Shown piece after piece: positions 27,484-42,081 of a DNA stretch of 64,000 bases. Numbering within the stretch: position 1 is the stretch's first letter; the number at the start of each line of letters is the position of its first letter. The DNA comes from Lingula anatina (lineage: Eukaryota > Animalia > Brachiopoda). A program made the position numbers and the translations under genes. The notes under the pieces were generated by a model, which saw only the letters and a program-made list of their open reading frames with translations, had not been told where the DNA came from and did not search any database. The stretch is taken from assembly GCA_051362555.1 (NCBI GenBank), contig CM120643.1, positions 26,292,848 through 26,356,847 of the forward strand, written 5' to 3'.

Positions 27484-29259
27484 CTTTTAAAAAATAATTT
27501 TGATTATAATGATAACTAAGAGTGACATATTTAGTGATTTATTAAAAGTTACTGCTTCCCATTACATGCTGGTCATTGTTTACATCACCAGAGGCATCTA
27601 GAGTGTTCCAGGTCACAGCCTTCCAAAAACTTAGCCAGAAAATACAAATTTTATGTGATTGCTAAATTAAATAATGGGGTAACTCCTCCCTGCACATTGA
27701 ACTCTGTATGTGACCACTTGCCAACAAAACCAAGGCCGAACTTAAGCCAACTGAACTCATCTAAAGATTACCCTTAGCCTCAAATTAAAGCTTTACTATT
27801 CTTATTACGCTTCCCCGCCCCCCCCCCCCCCCGCCCCCCCCCCCCCCCTCTTCTCTTCAACTGGGAGGAGTTTCAACTTATTGACCCATTAGAGCCTGCG
27901 TCATCAAAACAAACGGCAGCCATTCTGGAGGGAGACCGGAATCGTCTGCTGCGCATGAACAAGCCATGTCTGTAGTTCAGTTTTCGTTTTCTGTATTTTC
28001 TTTGATATTTAACCGAGCAAAATGATGAATTACTGCAGGTTATTTGATCGAGAGAAGATAACTAACTTTACAAGCGTTCACAGGCTGCCTGCAGTGGTAA
28101 CAATCCATGGTGAAGGAACTAAAACCATAAACGGAGGAGAGACGGCGAGGTGGCTTTGAATCAAGACTCTTCGGAAAAGTAAAGGATAAAACTAATTTAT
28201 TTTATAGCAAAGAATGAAGAGCCAGCGGTGCAGATTTTACCATAAAAGAAAAAACAGTAGAAAACCAAAGACCTAGGTGTGTACATTTGGGGCGCACTTA
28301 CACTACATATATATTTAAAGTAGTGCCCAAAAAGTTTGGGTGGAGAGTGTGTTAATTAGTTAAAACGTGTGGAAATACCCAGGCAGGGTTTCGACTTTTA
28401 TAGTGAAGACTCACCTATTGCCTTGGGTGTAATTTGTTATCAGTTACGGTGCTCTCTAGATTTTATCGGCTGTCACCTACCTCTTTAATACCTGGTTAGC
28501 ATTATTGCCAATTAGTGTCAAGGCTATATTTGTACTGTACACAGCTGAGCTGGGCCAATTAAATCAATTACCTGTATGAGTTGCATTTGGAAGTTAGTGG
28601 CTTAATTTTCGACTTGGTGTAGTGATAAGAGTAATTTTATTTTGCAAGTAAATTCTACCTCAGGTGTAATTGACATATAACCTCATGAAATGAATTTGCT
28701 TATATGAATGGTTGCATGGTGAATAATAAACTCTCTCAAACAACAGTCTTGTTACATGTACTTTCTAATGAACCAATATGAAGTACAAGAATGTTGAAAT
28801 AATTTCTGACAGCCTCACGATGTAGAGATAAGTCATAACTGACAGCAATATTTCATGTCATACTTTATGACAATCCTGCATACATTCTTCCTTGAGTCCA
28901 CAAGGGTTTATCCTGATGATCAGCTCAAATTTCTCCTTATATCTATCCTTTATGAAAAAAGTTGCTTCTATGTAAGGTTAAACTTATGATTACACATTAA
29001 ACTCTCTCAAACTATAACTGTTATTACCCAATGAACAAGAAAAATGAAGTACAAGATAACTGAACTATCTTCTGACAACACGATGTTGGATAAGTAGCAT
29101 TTGGTAGGATTTCATGTTTTTAGACTGTCTTGAGTTCATATTGGTCGATCCTGCTGAGCAGCTGAAGCTTCAGCTTGTATATATCCTTTTCCCTTTGGTG
29201 TACTTGATCGCGATATGAAGTTTATTTTATTTTATTTGGTTCACCTATATTACCGCTAC

Positions 29260-29584
29260 TATTCCCCTCCAGCATGGCCGCGGGACTAGTGTTACGGAGC
29301 AAATATGACGTCACTGTAATGGGTTAATAGGCAACAACAGGCGATCGATTATCGTTATGCAATTGCAATTGCTGCTCTATCATTTTGACATGACCAAGAT
29401 GATATAAACGGTCCAATAATACTGACCCTGGCGCATGTGTGGATATCTGGCATCATTTTCGTGAATTTTTCTACTTTTCAAACTCGACAGGATGTTTATA
29501 ATTGGCGCCTTTCTGCGCAAGTGCGGCATTGCATTGTGGGTATGCGGATGTTGCAAGATAAGACGAAACCTCGACATTTGGAAG
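29260..29584. promoter_or_regulatory. Probable bidirectional promoter (coiled-coil gene / IMPA)
   Basis: CpG-rich; perfect CRE TGACGTCA at 29306-29313; imperfect RFX X-box-like GTTAATAGGCAAC near 29323; TGCGCA motifs. Confidence 0.5.
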
Positions 29585-32500
29585 ATGGAGACGAATGCAG
29601 GGGTCCCCGACTCGGAGTTAGATGCCAGTTATAAAGTGGCCCTTGAGCTGGCTCATAGTGCTGGGCAGGTAAATAAGCTCAACGCACTCGTTTTTCATTG
29701 TCGCATGGATGGCGCTAGTTTTTTTTTTTTTTTTTATAATTATAATTATAATAATTTATTGAGCACTGAAATGTTTTTACATTTAGAGGCTCTCTAGCTA
29801 CTATACATTATACATATGGAAAGATAGTAAGGATAGTAAGTAAATGAAAGAAAAAAAAATTATACTTATATAATGTTACACAATATACATTCTCTTAATA
29901 TCCAGGTGAGATGCATGAAATCATTTGTGCACTTCTAGTTAATTACGTTTTTTCATAATTTTACTTACAAAATTCCCTACTGCAATTGCACTCTGTTCAG
30001 TGGGTGGGTTTAGAATGATGTCAAGCTGTTTGACCTCGTCTGTTAGACCTTGCAAGTTTACCTCTGGTATGCATTCAAACAGCAATTTCCTTTCAATTTT
30101 GTGATGGGCGCATTTTAGGAAAAAATGTATTTCATCTTCTATCTCATTACAATGGGGGCATTTTCGGTCTGAAAGTTGTGTTTTTGGGTTTGTATGCCGC
30201 CCTTTTTCAATTTCCAGGTCATGGTTTTTTTTTTTTTTTAGTGAATTAAGGGTTGAATATGAACGGTTCGTGAGTGTTCAATGGTAAATACAACATGCAT
30301 GATGATCTGTATGCGACTGAAGGAATTTAATATTAACAGAGAATAGGTATCATTTGGTTTATGGAAAAACAAAGGAGGCCGAGACACTTGCTGGAAAAGA
30401 TAGGTGGCAAGTGGTGAAGTTCGTCAGGAGGTGATAAATACGTTTTTGGTACAGGCATCTGTCTCAAATGATCAAAAAGTAAAGTACCTTGTCCTCCGGT
30501 AAGTTCAACTAGAAGTAGTATGTTATTTATATCCTTAATATGTTTAAAACCTTACAGTTTGCCCTTTAGTTTACATGTAACCTTGGTGACATTGATCATT
30601 GGTAATGCCAAACTGTTACATAATCAAATTCAAAACACCAGCTTTGGGGACTTTTGTTTTTGACAACTGTTCACTCGTCATCGAGGTGCTTGTTCAAGAC
30701 AACAGACTGGTATCTACTAGTAGTTCTGGTGGTTTCATTAGTAACAATCCCACAAATACATAGTTTTCTGTCTGTGTGTACATACCCTGAATATGGTTAG
30801 CCTCACTGACGAGAACAATGGCCATTTCTCACCCCTCTCTAGGATTACCCCTTTATCTGGGCATGTTTAGTTGTCAGACATGCTTTTAGTATTTCAGTAT
30901 TGCAGTAGTGTTTTAGTATTTCACATAGAAATGATTTAGTAAAATAACATCAATATGTCTCTGATGAGGGAACACACAATTAAGTCAGTGACACCAGGTA
31001 AATTATATTTATAAATTTTTTAAACCGTCAAAATTCCACAATGTAGGACACCTCTTGCCCTTATGTGTAGTGATCTAGGATGTTTTAAGAGAACAAAGGA
31101 CAACAGGCAATCCCATGTACTGTTTCTTCATAAACACAAGCTTTGATGCACAGCTTGTCAAACACAACTGTTACATTGACACTAGAGATTAGTAATTAAC
31201 ATGGACACAGCTGAGTTTGCTTTATGTGGATTACAGTTTTTCATGTAGGCGTTAATATTAATATACACTGAGATATCTGAATATGTACTGTACAGTATTA
31301 TACAATAGTGACAGGAGTATATCAGTCCAACTGGAGAGGGAAACTATGCTTTTATTTATTTATTTATTTATTTATTTATTTTCATTGGTGTGCTAGTTAT
31401 GCTATGCAATAAATTCTTTCAAAGGACTGAAGGGTATTCTTTGTGTTTAAGATGCCCAATAGTAATGTTTTCTATGTGTGGATATGCTGCAAATCTTTCT
31501 TAATTCCTAAAATTATTAAACCCCTCAAATGAAATTACCTGATGTCGGTATTTTCTTCTGAATAGTCAGGAAGACATGACATTGTTGATGAATCATGATT
31601 CATTTATCTAAGTTATTTAATTAAAAAAACAAATCATTGAAAACAAGAAAAATAACAGGTCCACCAATGATTTCAGAGTGCTCAGCAAATACATTTTAGC
31701 ACAAAAATCTTATATTGTGTGAAAAATGTACACTTTTTGCTTACATATAATGTGAACAAATAACCATACCAACTCTTTCCAACCACTTATGCTATATGAT
31801 TAAGTACTTATAGACTGGCATGGTCACCAAAGTAACTTTCCAGCAGATATTATTATTATTATTATTATTATTCGATATGCAGGTGATCAAGGAGGCTTTT
31901 CAGAGAAAAGACAAAGGCCTGTCGACCAAATCTACGTCAGCAGATCTAGTCACAGTAACGGACAGGAAGGTGGAAGACATGGCGTTCACACTGCTTAGAG
32001 AAAAATTTCCTCATCATAGGTGCTGTGATAGCTACTATTAGAACTCTCTATTAGTTCATTGTCAAATTTCCTGGTCCCAGACCAGTGCACATAATATCAT
32101 GTTTGCTTCATTTAAAGACAATCATATTTTCACCCAGAGGTTGCATGTGTTATAATCTATAGCAGACCTAAATACAGCTGACACTTTCACTTTTATAACT
32201 GAACCTGATTACTTATATTTTTTTTAATGCAAAGTTTACTTTTATTTTAAGTTTATTAATTTTAATGTATTTGGTAAATGAAATAATAGATTTAATTAAT
32301 CCAGATTTGATCTCAAATTTGTTAATAAATTAAATAAATGTTTTCCTGACATTCAGGGATGAAATTGTAATCACATTTCTCCAACTTGTAGTTTTATAGG
32401 AGAAGAGACGGCTGCAGCTGGAGTGAGGAGTGAACTTACAGACAATCCAACTTGGATGATAGATCCAATAGATGGCACCACTAACTTTGTCCATGGGTAG

Positions 32501-35286
32501 GTACGTAGCTGTAGACTTTTCTTTATATATAGCTTGGGACAGAGAAATGAAGAAATTGTATTCACTTGAATTTATGCTAAGTTTTCAGAAACTGAATGTT
32601 TCTTCTTTTCTTTTGCTTGAATTTTGCTTCCTCTTAGCTTCAGTTCTCCTTTTCCATCAAACCTTTTAGTCATCTCTGTTTATCTATGTGCATCCATCAT
32701 TTAGCATGCCTAGTTATGTTTTGCATGTGGGCATGCATGTGTGTGTGTTATAATAATAATAATAATAATTAATATTAGAATATTATTCAAAAATAATTAT
32801 TATTATCAGAATATTATTCAAAAAGTAATAATAACAACACACCCAAGTTTTGTGAATTTAAAGAAATCTGATTTTCTCACTTTTTCAGAGAACAATGTGA
32901 CTCAAATTCTAGCACTTAATTTCTTTATTTTAAGGGACACTTCAAATGTATTCTGAGCTAAAGCAAATTATGGTTTTCAGTTTTAAAGCGAAGACTCGTT
33001 TTAAGCTTTTTTTAAACAGGTTCAGGTTCCTTTATCTATATCAACAGATAAACAAAACATCTGTTACATGATTAACTCTAAAATATTCATTTTTTCATTC
33101 CAGTTTTCCATTTGTGTGTATTTCTATAGCACTATGTGTTAAAAAGCAGGTAAGAAATAATGTTGGGTAATTTCTTGGGTTATTTGAACCAATACTATGA
33201 GAAAATAACCTTTCGTTGTATAAGTACATACTATTCTGATAAACCTCTTCATTTCATGACCATAGACAATCTCTTCAATGTAAGCAATAAGTAGACATGA
33301 GCCCGGGTTTTAGAAAAAACTCTAAACATTTATTGTGGGCCCAAACACCTTACATAAATGTTTTGGTGTTTAATTGCTCTGGGGTCATGTAAAAAAGTGG
33401 AATTCTGTGATTCTGCAGAAAAAGCTCTTGTCTGAATAAGAGAGCATGTTTAGCTGGCAGATATCTTTAAGTTTTTCAGAGATAGTAGGAAGACCTACCA
33501 GACTAGCACAAATGTGATTGTCTTAGGGTATTTGTCAGTTACCTGCAGATTTGATCTTCTTTTCATTTTTTCTTATTCTTATTTTTATTATTATTTTTTT
33601 TTACCACTAGTCCTAGAGACCATTAGGTTTAAGTAAAGGCACAGACTGTTTAATTTTCACAGTTTTATATTTCTATCAGGTGGAGATAGGTATCATTCAC
33701 AATCCAATTCTAAATGAGACGTACACAGCAAGAAGGGGTCAAGGAGCTTATCTTAATGGAGAGCGGATACAGACAGGAAGTCAAGATGGTGAGGATGTCC
33801 TTTTTATCACTGCAGTTATATGAAATATGACCCAAATCTTCCAACACATTGGCTCAAAGCATCCCAAGTATTAGAGCTAATTTTCTCAAATTGTTGAGAA
33901 AATCATGATCCATGATAATTAACCAGTATTTCTAAATATCTAGTTTTTACCTTTACGCGGGAAATTCACCTGTCTCAAGCTCCGTTAAAAATGAACAATT
34001 TAGAACTCAGATAAAAAGGTTTATAGTTATGGTCTTATTCTCTTCACTGTTTTGGATTTGTTATACATTTTGAAATCCAAGCCCCATATATTTTATATAA
34101 GATATATATCAGAAATGTAGTTGGAGTATAAACATAGTAATACATTGTTACAAACAGTAACATTAATTACTGCCTTAGTGGTGTATTTGTGTACAATGAA
34201 GTTTCTTATTGGTTTTACTCCAGATCTGTCAAAGTCATTGGTGCTAACAGAATTTGGTGCTCACAGGGAGGAGGCATTTTTATCATTTAAATTTAAGAAC
34301 ATGCGTTCTGTCATTAATAAAGCGCATGGGTAAGTTTTGTTTGGAATTATCTTTTTATTATTTTTATTATTCAATTTCTCACATGATGTCTTAAAAGATA
34401 TTGTTATTTTGATAAATTATTTCATTGATTGATTTCAAATAGTTTAATAGACTCACTGCATGCAGCATATGGATAACTTAAGCTTACTATTTAATATGTA
34501 TTTTAATACTGTTGAGGCAAATTTTCAACAGACAACCCTGCAGATGTCAGTCATCGTTTTTCATGGAGTTGGGACTAAATTGAAAGATATCAAAATTAAG
34601 CCCTGAGCCTCATGGTATATCCAGCTATTAAAAACTATCTCTGTTTCATCTTTAATGCCAACAAATTTTTTCTGTTCAATTTTTCTAATTATCCTGTTAT
34701 GTTATCTCTCAGAATTCGCTGCACGGGTTCTGCGGCCTTGGCGTTGTGCCAGCTGGCAAAGGGAGGTGCAGATGCTTATTTTGAATTTGGAATCCACTGC
34801 TGGGACATTGCTGCTGGGGACCTGATAGCCAGAGAGGCCGGGGCTTTCACTATGGACACACAGGGTAGTTTATTACATAATTAATAATTTATTTATTTAT
34901 TTATTTATTTATTTATATGCTTGTAAGGGGTAATATATTCATTTATGTATGAAACTGCATGTTGTTGAGGGGTAATATTTTCTTTCATGTATGAGACTAT
35001 GAATGTTGTTTTGTACAAAACACACAAGAGAAAGATGATAGATTTGGTCCTTTTTTTTTCTTTTTTATTTTCCCAAAGATACCTAAACTGTTCATGTTTG
35101 CTTGTTTGTCTATTTATACTTTGTTTATTTACTTCCGTTTTTTGTTTAATTCTTCAACACATTCTGATTGAAATTCCAGGAGGTCCAGTGGACTTGATGT
35201 CCAGGCGGATCATTGGAGCAGCGACAGAGAAGTTGGCCAGGGAGCTGAGCAGTACCATAGACCACACCGAGCTGGAGAGAGACTGA
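29585..35286 (+). CDS. IMPA1: Inositol monophosphatase; exons 29585-29668, 31883-32019, 32392-32496, 33104-33149, 33680-33788, 34224-34329, 34713-34864, 35180-35286
   Basis: [51 protein letters not shown] and [10 protein letters not shown] are all present and in frame. Confidence 0.95.
29935..30220 (-). mobile_element. 3' fragment of a non-LTR retrotransposon ORF2 (CR1/L2-like) in IMPA intron 1
   Basis: Minus strand reads [36 protein letters not shown], the typical post-RT cysteine/histidine motif. Confidence 0.75.
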
Positions 35287-37793
35287 TTGTGTCTAGAGTC
35301 ACACCTAACGCAATCTTAGGAAACTTGATTGTGCCAAGAGGACAGCTAACACAATGTTGACTTGTTCCCATAGAAAATAAGGCGTTTTTACATCAAGTGT
35401 TCTGTCTTAGTGCTCCACCTTTATTGTTCCTTTTTGACGATGAAAAGCTTGATTGACAGGCTCTTTAGCATAAAAAGAATCACCAAAATGGAGCTCTAGT
35501 GCTCAGCATGGCCAGTTGAATAATTTAACAGCAGGAAGCAAATTTGTGGAGTAGAAAATGAATGTGTTAAACAGTACATGCTCTCTACTTGTATCTTTTG
35601 CCCCAAACAGTAGGTGAAAGTGAGAGAAGTCCCCTTTAGTGTTATTATGGTAAGATCTCTCAAAAGACAATATTAAAGATGGAACACCAAGGTAAAACAC
35701 TTGGGTGGAAAAGCCTATGGTGTTGTTGTTGTTGTTTAATTTGTTTCGTAATCCCTGTAATTTGAATCACCCAATTAAGAGCTTTCTTATCTTAGAATCT
35801 ATATATATTATTAATGAATTATCAATATTATCTAGTAATTTATCTGTTCCTTGATACATAAGGATGTGATATCAATTGAATATATTTTTAGAATCTTTTA
35901 GATTAAATTATGATGTGAAAGTAGTGTTTTATTGGACAAGATGTGCCAGAAGAAGTGATCATGTTTTTAATTTAAACTTTAAATTCTTTTAAAAGATATT
36001 GGCCTTCCAGTATTGTAATATCTGAGTTTTTAAAAGGAAAATACAAACTAGCCAAGGTTGATGTTTTCATTGATTTATGAAGGATTTTGATTTTAAGAAA
36101 TTTGTTGAAATTAAGCTAGACTATTAAAATGTCTATCTATTGAGATAAAACTTTAATCAGCATGGGAAAGTTCTGGTTTTATTTATTTGTTTGTATTCCT
36201 AGAAACTTTGTTATTATTTATTTAAAAAAAACACTAGAATACCTGAGGGGTTCTTTACCAAAAGGATGGCTTATATATTATAAGTTATTTTGAAATCAGG
36301 TAGATGTGTGTGCAACTTACACATGGAATTGTTGCCAGTTGTAGGGTTGGTGCAGGGAATTCATGGAATGTCATCAGAATTTTTAAGTACTGTGGTTGTA
36401 CACAAAAGGAATAATTTAAGCTAGTTTTGGTGATTTTATTGATGAATGTATATTTGTTTTAATTGTTCAGCTCACAAATGTGTCAAATTGATTTTTGTTC
36501 TGTTTTTCTTCAGCAGTGGCGAACTGGATTATAATAAAAGATTACACTGTTTACAAAACACAGGAAAACTTAGTGACCATCATGAGATTTTTTTTTTTTA
36601 ATTTCTCATATTTTTACACATAGGGTAATGTTTGTATTCTTGGAATTTTATCAATGAGAAACACTTTGCATGGCGTAAAATTATGATGACAACCGGGGGA
36701 ATTGTAACCATAATGATTACTACGATGTTAATTGATATCTTTTTCATATTTTCGTTCTTTTGGTTAAATGATACTGAAGGACTATGTTGTGTGAAAGAAA
36801 TCCAATTTGATTTGATTTACGTTTGGCAACTTATTATAACGATAACGATTCTCGGCTCCCGCCATGAGCGTATTTGCCCTCGCCATCCAAAGCCTGCAAA
36901 TGACGTAAAAGGTCACATGACCAGCAAAAAATGAAATCTGAACCAAGATCTTTGCGAAATAAAATGCCCTGTTTCGCCAAATTTACATATAACCTTATCT
37001 GAACGTTTTATTAGTAGAGAAATATCAAATAATGCACCACACAGTCGGAAACAGCTGTTTGAATTTAAATGATCGCTTGACCAGGACACTGAAATTTTAT
37101 CCGAGTTGGCTCTGTGGAATGGGATCGGAAACAATGCACATTTGTCGCAACAGAAATTCTATTCCTCGAATGTCTATGGGGGAGATTTAAAGAAATTGTA
37201 GTGGTGGGGGAGATAAATATTTCATGCTGCGTTTACATTCAGGTCAACAAATAGGCACGGATTCGGCACGCATTGGGTAATTATAGGGGATTTCGGCGTA
37301 GAACTTTTTGTTAACCTTTTCTGCTTCTTTATCTGTCAGGTTCATGCAGGATTGTTGCCGTTCACTTGTCCGTCTTTGAATTTATTATCACGCCCGATCA
37401 TTTTGAATGCCCTGAATTTCGCGAGCCACTGGCTGTCGTTATCATATAACTGGATTTACTCATACCGTTAAAATAAATTACCAGAGACCTTACATTTAAT
37501 ATATGCATCTAATATAATTTTTTTTTATTTCACATAACATTATTATGATATTACAAGACAACCTGAAAAAACTTTGCAACTGTGAAGTTCCGAAACTTGG
37601 ATGAGAAACCGCACTGCTTTCAAAACCAACAAAAATAGTCACGTGTACTGCTATGGCTTTTACCTTGAGTGCATTGTTCAATGCTGTTTTATATTACTTC
37701 ATTATTGTTTGACAATCAGTATTATATATATATACAAGCCATTTGATATCCGTTGTCTCTGATCATGATGCAGGTATAAAAACAGCAATGAAC

Positions 37794-38021
37794 TATACTG
37801 ACAGTCAATGAAAACGCATCATTTATTTATCAAATAATAGTTTAAGTTCCTTTGGCACATTAAGTTTTCATGTGAAATATGTGAAATATGAAATAGTGAT
37901 CAGCCCACTCTCTTATGACCAAACAAGTGCACTTATACTCGTTTAAATGGTTAGAATCGATTCTCGGTAAAAAAAAAATTCAAGAAAGTTTTCTGATGCG
38001 TTTTCATTGACTGTCCGTATA
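37794..38021. mobile_element. Tc1/mariner-like MITE
   Basis: 28-bp inverted repeats TATACTGACAGTCAATGAAAACGCATCA / TGATGCGTTTTCATTGACTGTCCGTATA (one mismatch), with TA at both ends. Confidence 0.75.
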
Positions 38022-39029
38022 CTTTATTATAAACTGCTGACATAGTCTGTAGGCCCCAAGCCTACAGCCTACCGTTCGACCATCGAGACACGGCATAAAT
38101 GAGTAATGTTACAGCTTATTGTGAAATAGTCATATGAGAAGGTAGTGCAGATTGGAGTCCACTGCCGCACGAAACGCACAGATGGAGAACAGACCTAATA
38201 CTGTAAGTTACATTACAACGAACACGAGCTTGTTAGCTAAGTTACAGTCGTCAAGAAGTAACAAATACATTATAGTTTCAGAAACAACTTTAATGTAATT
38301 TTTTTACTGAAAAAAGCAATCTACAGAGTACAAATGGTTTGCACTGTGTATTGTACGTAGCAGCAATTTCACTGCTGAAATTAAAGCTTCACTGCATTGA
38401 CTTATTTTGATTTAATTTTTTTTTCTGGAAATCATTAGTCTGTACATCTCGCCAGCACGTGTGTCTGTCCGTGTCGCCGTGCCAGAAACTGGGGTTTTCA
38501 TATCTTGTTACCATAATTACTTTCGTTGCCGTTTCAAATTTCAAACATGGCATGATCTGATTAATCCTTATACTTTTCTCAATATTTTCTTTTTCGAGAA
38601 GCCCTGTGGACACCGTGTATCATCTTATCTGGTACCTCGGTATCAAATGAAAGCTGCTGGGCTCACTAATGGGCCAAAATGCAAGGCAATTTTGAAATTG
38701 GGTATGAGAACAATATTCAACCCAGATTTCATTCTTTGGGGTAGAAAATCTCCAATTTTGGTGTTATCTTTGACAGTTCCGGCCTTGAGGGCAAATTTTG
38801 TATTTTTTAAATAAAACCAGAAATGTCCAATGTTTCTGGTACGTAGTCTATGTTGTTCCCCGGTGTTGTCGACGTTACTGGGGCCCAACTTATCAAGCAC
38901 TTTGTACGAAATAAGCGTTGTTGTGAATACAAAGCCTGGGTCACACTTCACTTACGACCTTTTGGGAACCTTTTTGCAACCACAAAATCTAGATTTTACC
39001 ACTTTGCAATCACTTTGCGAACTAATTAA

Positions 39030-40870
39030 GAAGCTGTGACATATTTTTGATCGGCAAGCAGTCCAATATCGATTGCCACAATGTTGCCGTAAGGTATCTG
39101 CAACCTCCTACAAACCATCTTCAAGCATACCAGCATACACAGCGTTTGCCCAGCGATATTAAAACCTGTCACTTGGTGATTGAAAACCGGATGCAGGATT
39201 GTAGCGATCGCTTGCCCGCTGGTAGCAACAAGGTCGCAAAGATCTATATGTTGCAACCTTGTGATGGTGGCTGCTATCCTCTCTAGGAAAACAAAATAGG
39301 TCTAGTAAAATGGCTCTTTTTCAAAAAGGTGGGAACGTGGTAACTGGTGAGAAGAAAAAAGAATTTAAAAAAACTCGGAAATACTGGGTGAGAACGTGGA
39401 ATGCTAGCCGCCCTTTTCATGGCGATTACGAGCCTTTGATGAAAGAACTTGAACTTGAAAATCAGGAAGACTACATTTCCTTGCTAAGAATAGAACCAGC
39501 AATGTTTTATGAACTTTTGAACAGACTACACCCTTGCCAAACGATACCAGTGCTGCAATAAAAAAACATAAATTTGAATATGTTTTAATCCTTATTTATC
39601 TTTTAACACCCCTTAACATTTTCTTGTTTTAATAATTGATCTTTTTGAGGTCGCAAGGCGTGTGCAGTCACGGTCACACTGAACAAAAAACTTCCTTGCG
39701 ACTTGCAAATGTTAGTGGTTGCAACTGTCGGCGACCGGTTGCAACAACTGGCAAAATGGTTTCCAAAAGAACATTGGGTTAATATCCAGTAGCGTCGGGT
39801 TTCGGTGCAGTTCCGATAACCTCCTGGCGACCGAAAAACCTATTTGTGGTATCCAACCGGTTGCTGAAAGGTCGCCGACTGCTTTGCAACTGATTTGCAA
39901 CCGATTGTGTGGTTTCCCTTTGTCTTTTTAGCCCCAGGCGTTAACCACTTACAATACAACGTAATTAAATCGTGACAGGTCGTGCGCATCTTGTATTGTT
40001 ACATACTCATCCTTGTAGTCACTGGAAGGATGTTAAACTGTATGTACTGAAACTATTTTTATTTAAGATTCTTGGGCACATTTAACGATCTGTTACATTA
40101 TTTGTATATAATTGTAATGGTTGAGAACATGGCAATAAATATAAATAGGACTTATACATTGCTGATGGAATTATTTTCATTTTCCGTTTTCTCTGCATTC
40201 ATGTATTTGTTTCATTGTTTACTCAGATAATATGGCTTTCCAAATTTAAAAAGGCATACAGCGATGAAACATTGGGGGTGTCAGCATATTTTTGGGAAAA
40301 AACGCACTTTGCTTCTCAGCCTCATATTAAATTTTTTTGGTTTCGTAAGTTTAACATACGTGACGTATGTAAACCTTGACAATCAGTGTAAAATCTTGCC
40401 AACAAATGCAATTTGTTTTCTTTTCTAAAACATTATGATTTATGATCATGGTATTTAGAAGGCATACATGCCATATTATGAAAAAAATATTCGCCCAAAT
40501 AGACCACCGTTTATTGCGGTCGCTTGCTACCTTCCAGCCACATATTTTCGCATACCTGCGACCGGCAAGAAACGTGTTAGCGACCAAGCGACTAAAGACC
40601 GTCAATCGACGATGCAATTACAACTGCAACCTTCTGGTGACCTACTGCCGGCTACTTAGCTTGCGACTGGCAAGGAACTTGTAAGCGACCAGGCAACTTA
40701 ATACCATCAATCCACCGTGCAGTTGCAAGTGGTATGCTACTGGTTATAGGGACCTACTGACAACCAATAAGAGACCGATAGGCCTCTTATACACCGATAT
40801 AGAATATACCGATATTTTTCATCTTTAGTCGCACTGGTTGTCGGCGCACAAAAATGGTCTTCATTGCATT
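39030..40870 (+). mobile_element. Decayed PIF/Harbinger transposon region with N-terminal transposase remnant (39310-39561)
   Basis: RKYWVRTWNASRPFHGDYEPLMKELELENQEDYISLLRIEPAMFYELLNRL resembles the animal Harbinger transposase N-terminus; flanks are rich in GCGAC/TTGCAAC motifs. Boundaries are approximate. Confidence 0.7.
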
Positions 40871-42081
40871 GCTTCATACAACGATTGCTGGCGACCTTTT
40901 ACAGTGCCGCCGGGAAGTAACCTTACTTACTTTGCGGGTCCCTGCGGGGTGTTCATACGGCCTGGCGCGGTAACCATGGAAATAACATTGTCATCCATGC
41001 GCTGTTTGGTTTCTGTTAACAATAGTACCATGCCCTGCCCCGTAGGTGTCTTACTTTCTGCTAACAAAAGAGCCTAACCCTAGCTCGCTGAGATAAAGAT
41101 CGAAGCTGAGCATGGTCGCAAATAAGTGATCGTCCAAGCGTTAATTGAAAGTAGTGCGCTTGTGGCTTCACTCTACTTTGCTCACTCTTCTCTGATACGG
41201 AGATTTTCAGTATAAGAACTTGCCAACAATGATTTTTTAAAAGTGAATTAACCAAAAAGATTCGGTGATGAAAGCAACTTTTGTGTATATTTCCATGCGT
41301 TGTTTACAATTTATTTCTTGCGGAATTTTGAATCTCAAACGAACAGTTATTATTGCTTTAACAATTTAAAGAAAACAGAATTCTTAAATTAACTACGAGC
41401 TGTACATCGATAGGATATTTAGGCCAGGTGAGGTAAGTTTAGACTGCTCTCAAACCTTTTACATATGTAACACCAACTACGCTGAAATCGGTAGTTGTTG
41501 TTCCGTGCTCAAATACTGAGTCAGTGTTATGATATACCCATGTGACATGGCCATACCATTTAAACACGTGCTTTCCTGCGTTCCTGGACCTATTTTATCA
41601 CGCAATTTTGTTCAACTACACACCTCTTATGCAATAAAGGTCTATCCCGAGGCAGCTTACAAACATTATACAGTATCATTCTGTGAACATTTATTCTGAG
41701 GCGAAGTTCGGAGAATAACCGTGAATTTAACCATAGGCATCTCTGTGAATATATATTGCGAAAAAGCAAGTTGTGGTCCTGATAGAGGGTAACAGTGAAC
41801 TGTTATAAGAGGCAGTTAAGGTGGCTCACTCCTCTTGATAGTAATTTCAAAAGGGGTTTTCCCTCTCAGTCGCTCCCAATTGTTCAATAAAATCCTCTAG
41901 GTCCTATGGCCTACATGTAGATTAACTTATTTAATTCATAGCGGACCTTATCCAGAAACAAAATACATGTAATTTATTTTAACAACCCCCGAAAAAAAAC
42001 CTGCCTTCATGCCCGTAGAATTCTTGTTTGTTTTAGTGTTTGACTGGTATAAACTGGTATAAACTTACATCCCTATTTCAG

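Noticed and set aside
29181-29189. Second ATATCCTTT U12 donor-like motif
   Set aside because: No plus-strand exon upstream and no matching branch site or AC acceptor identified.
41070-41400. CTAACCCTA as a telomerase RNA template
   Set aside because: Only 9 nt; no convincing pseudoknot, CR4/5 or H/ACA domain seen downstream. The region looks like the sulfotransferase 5' region.
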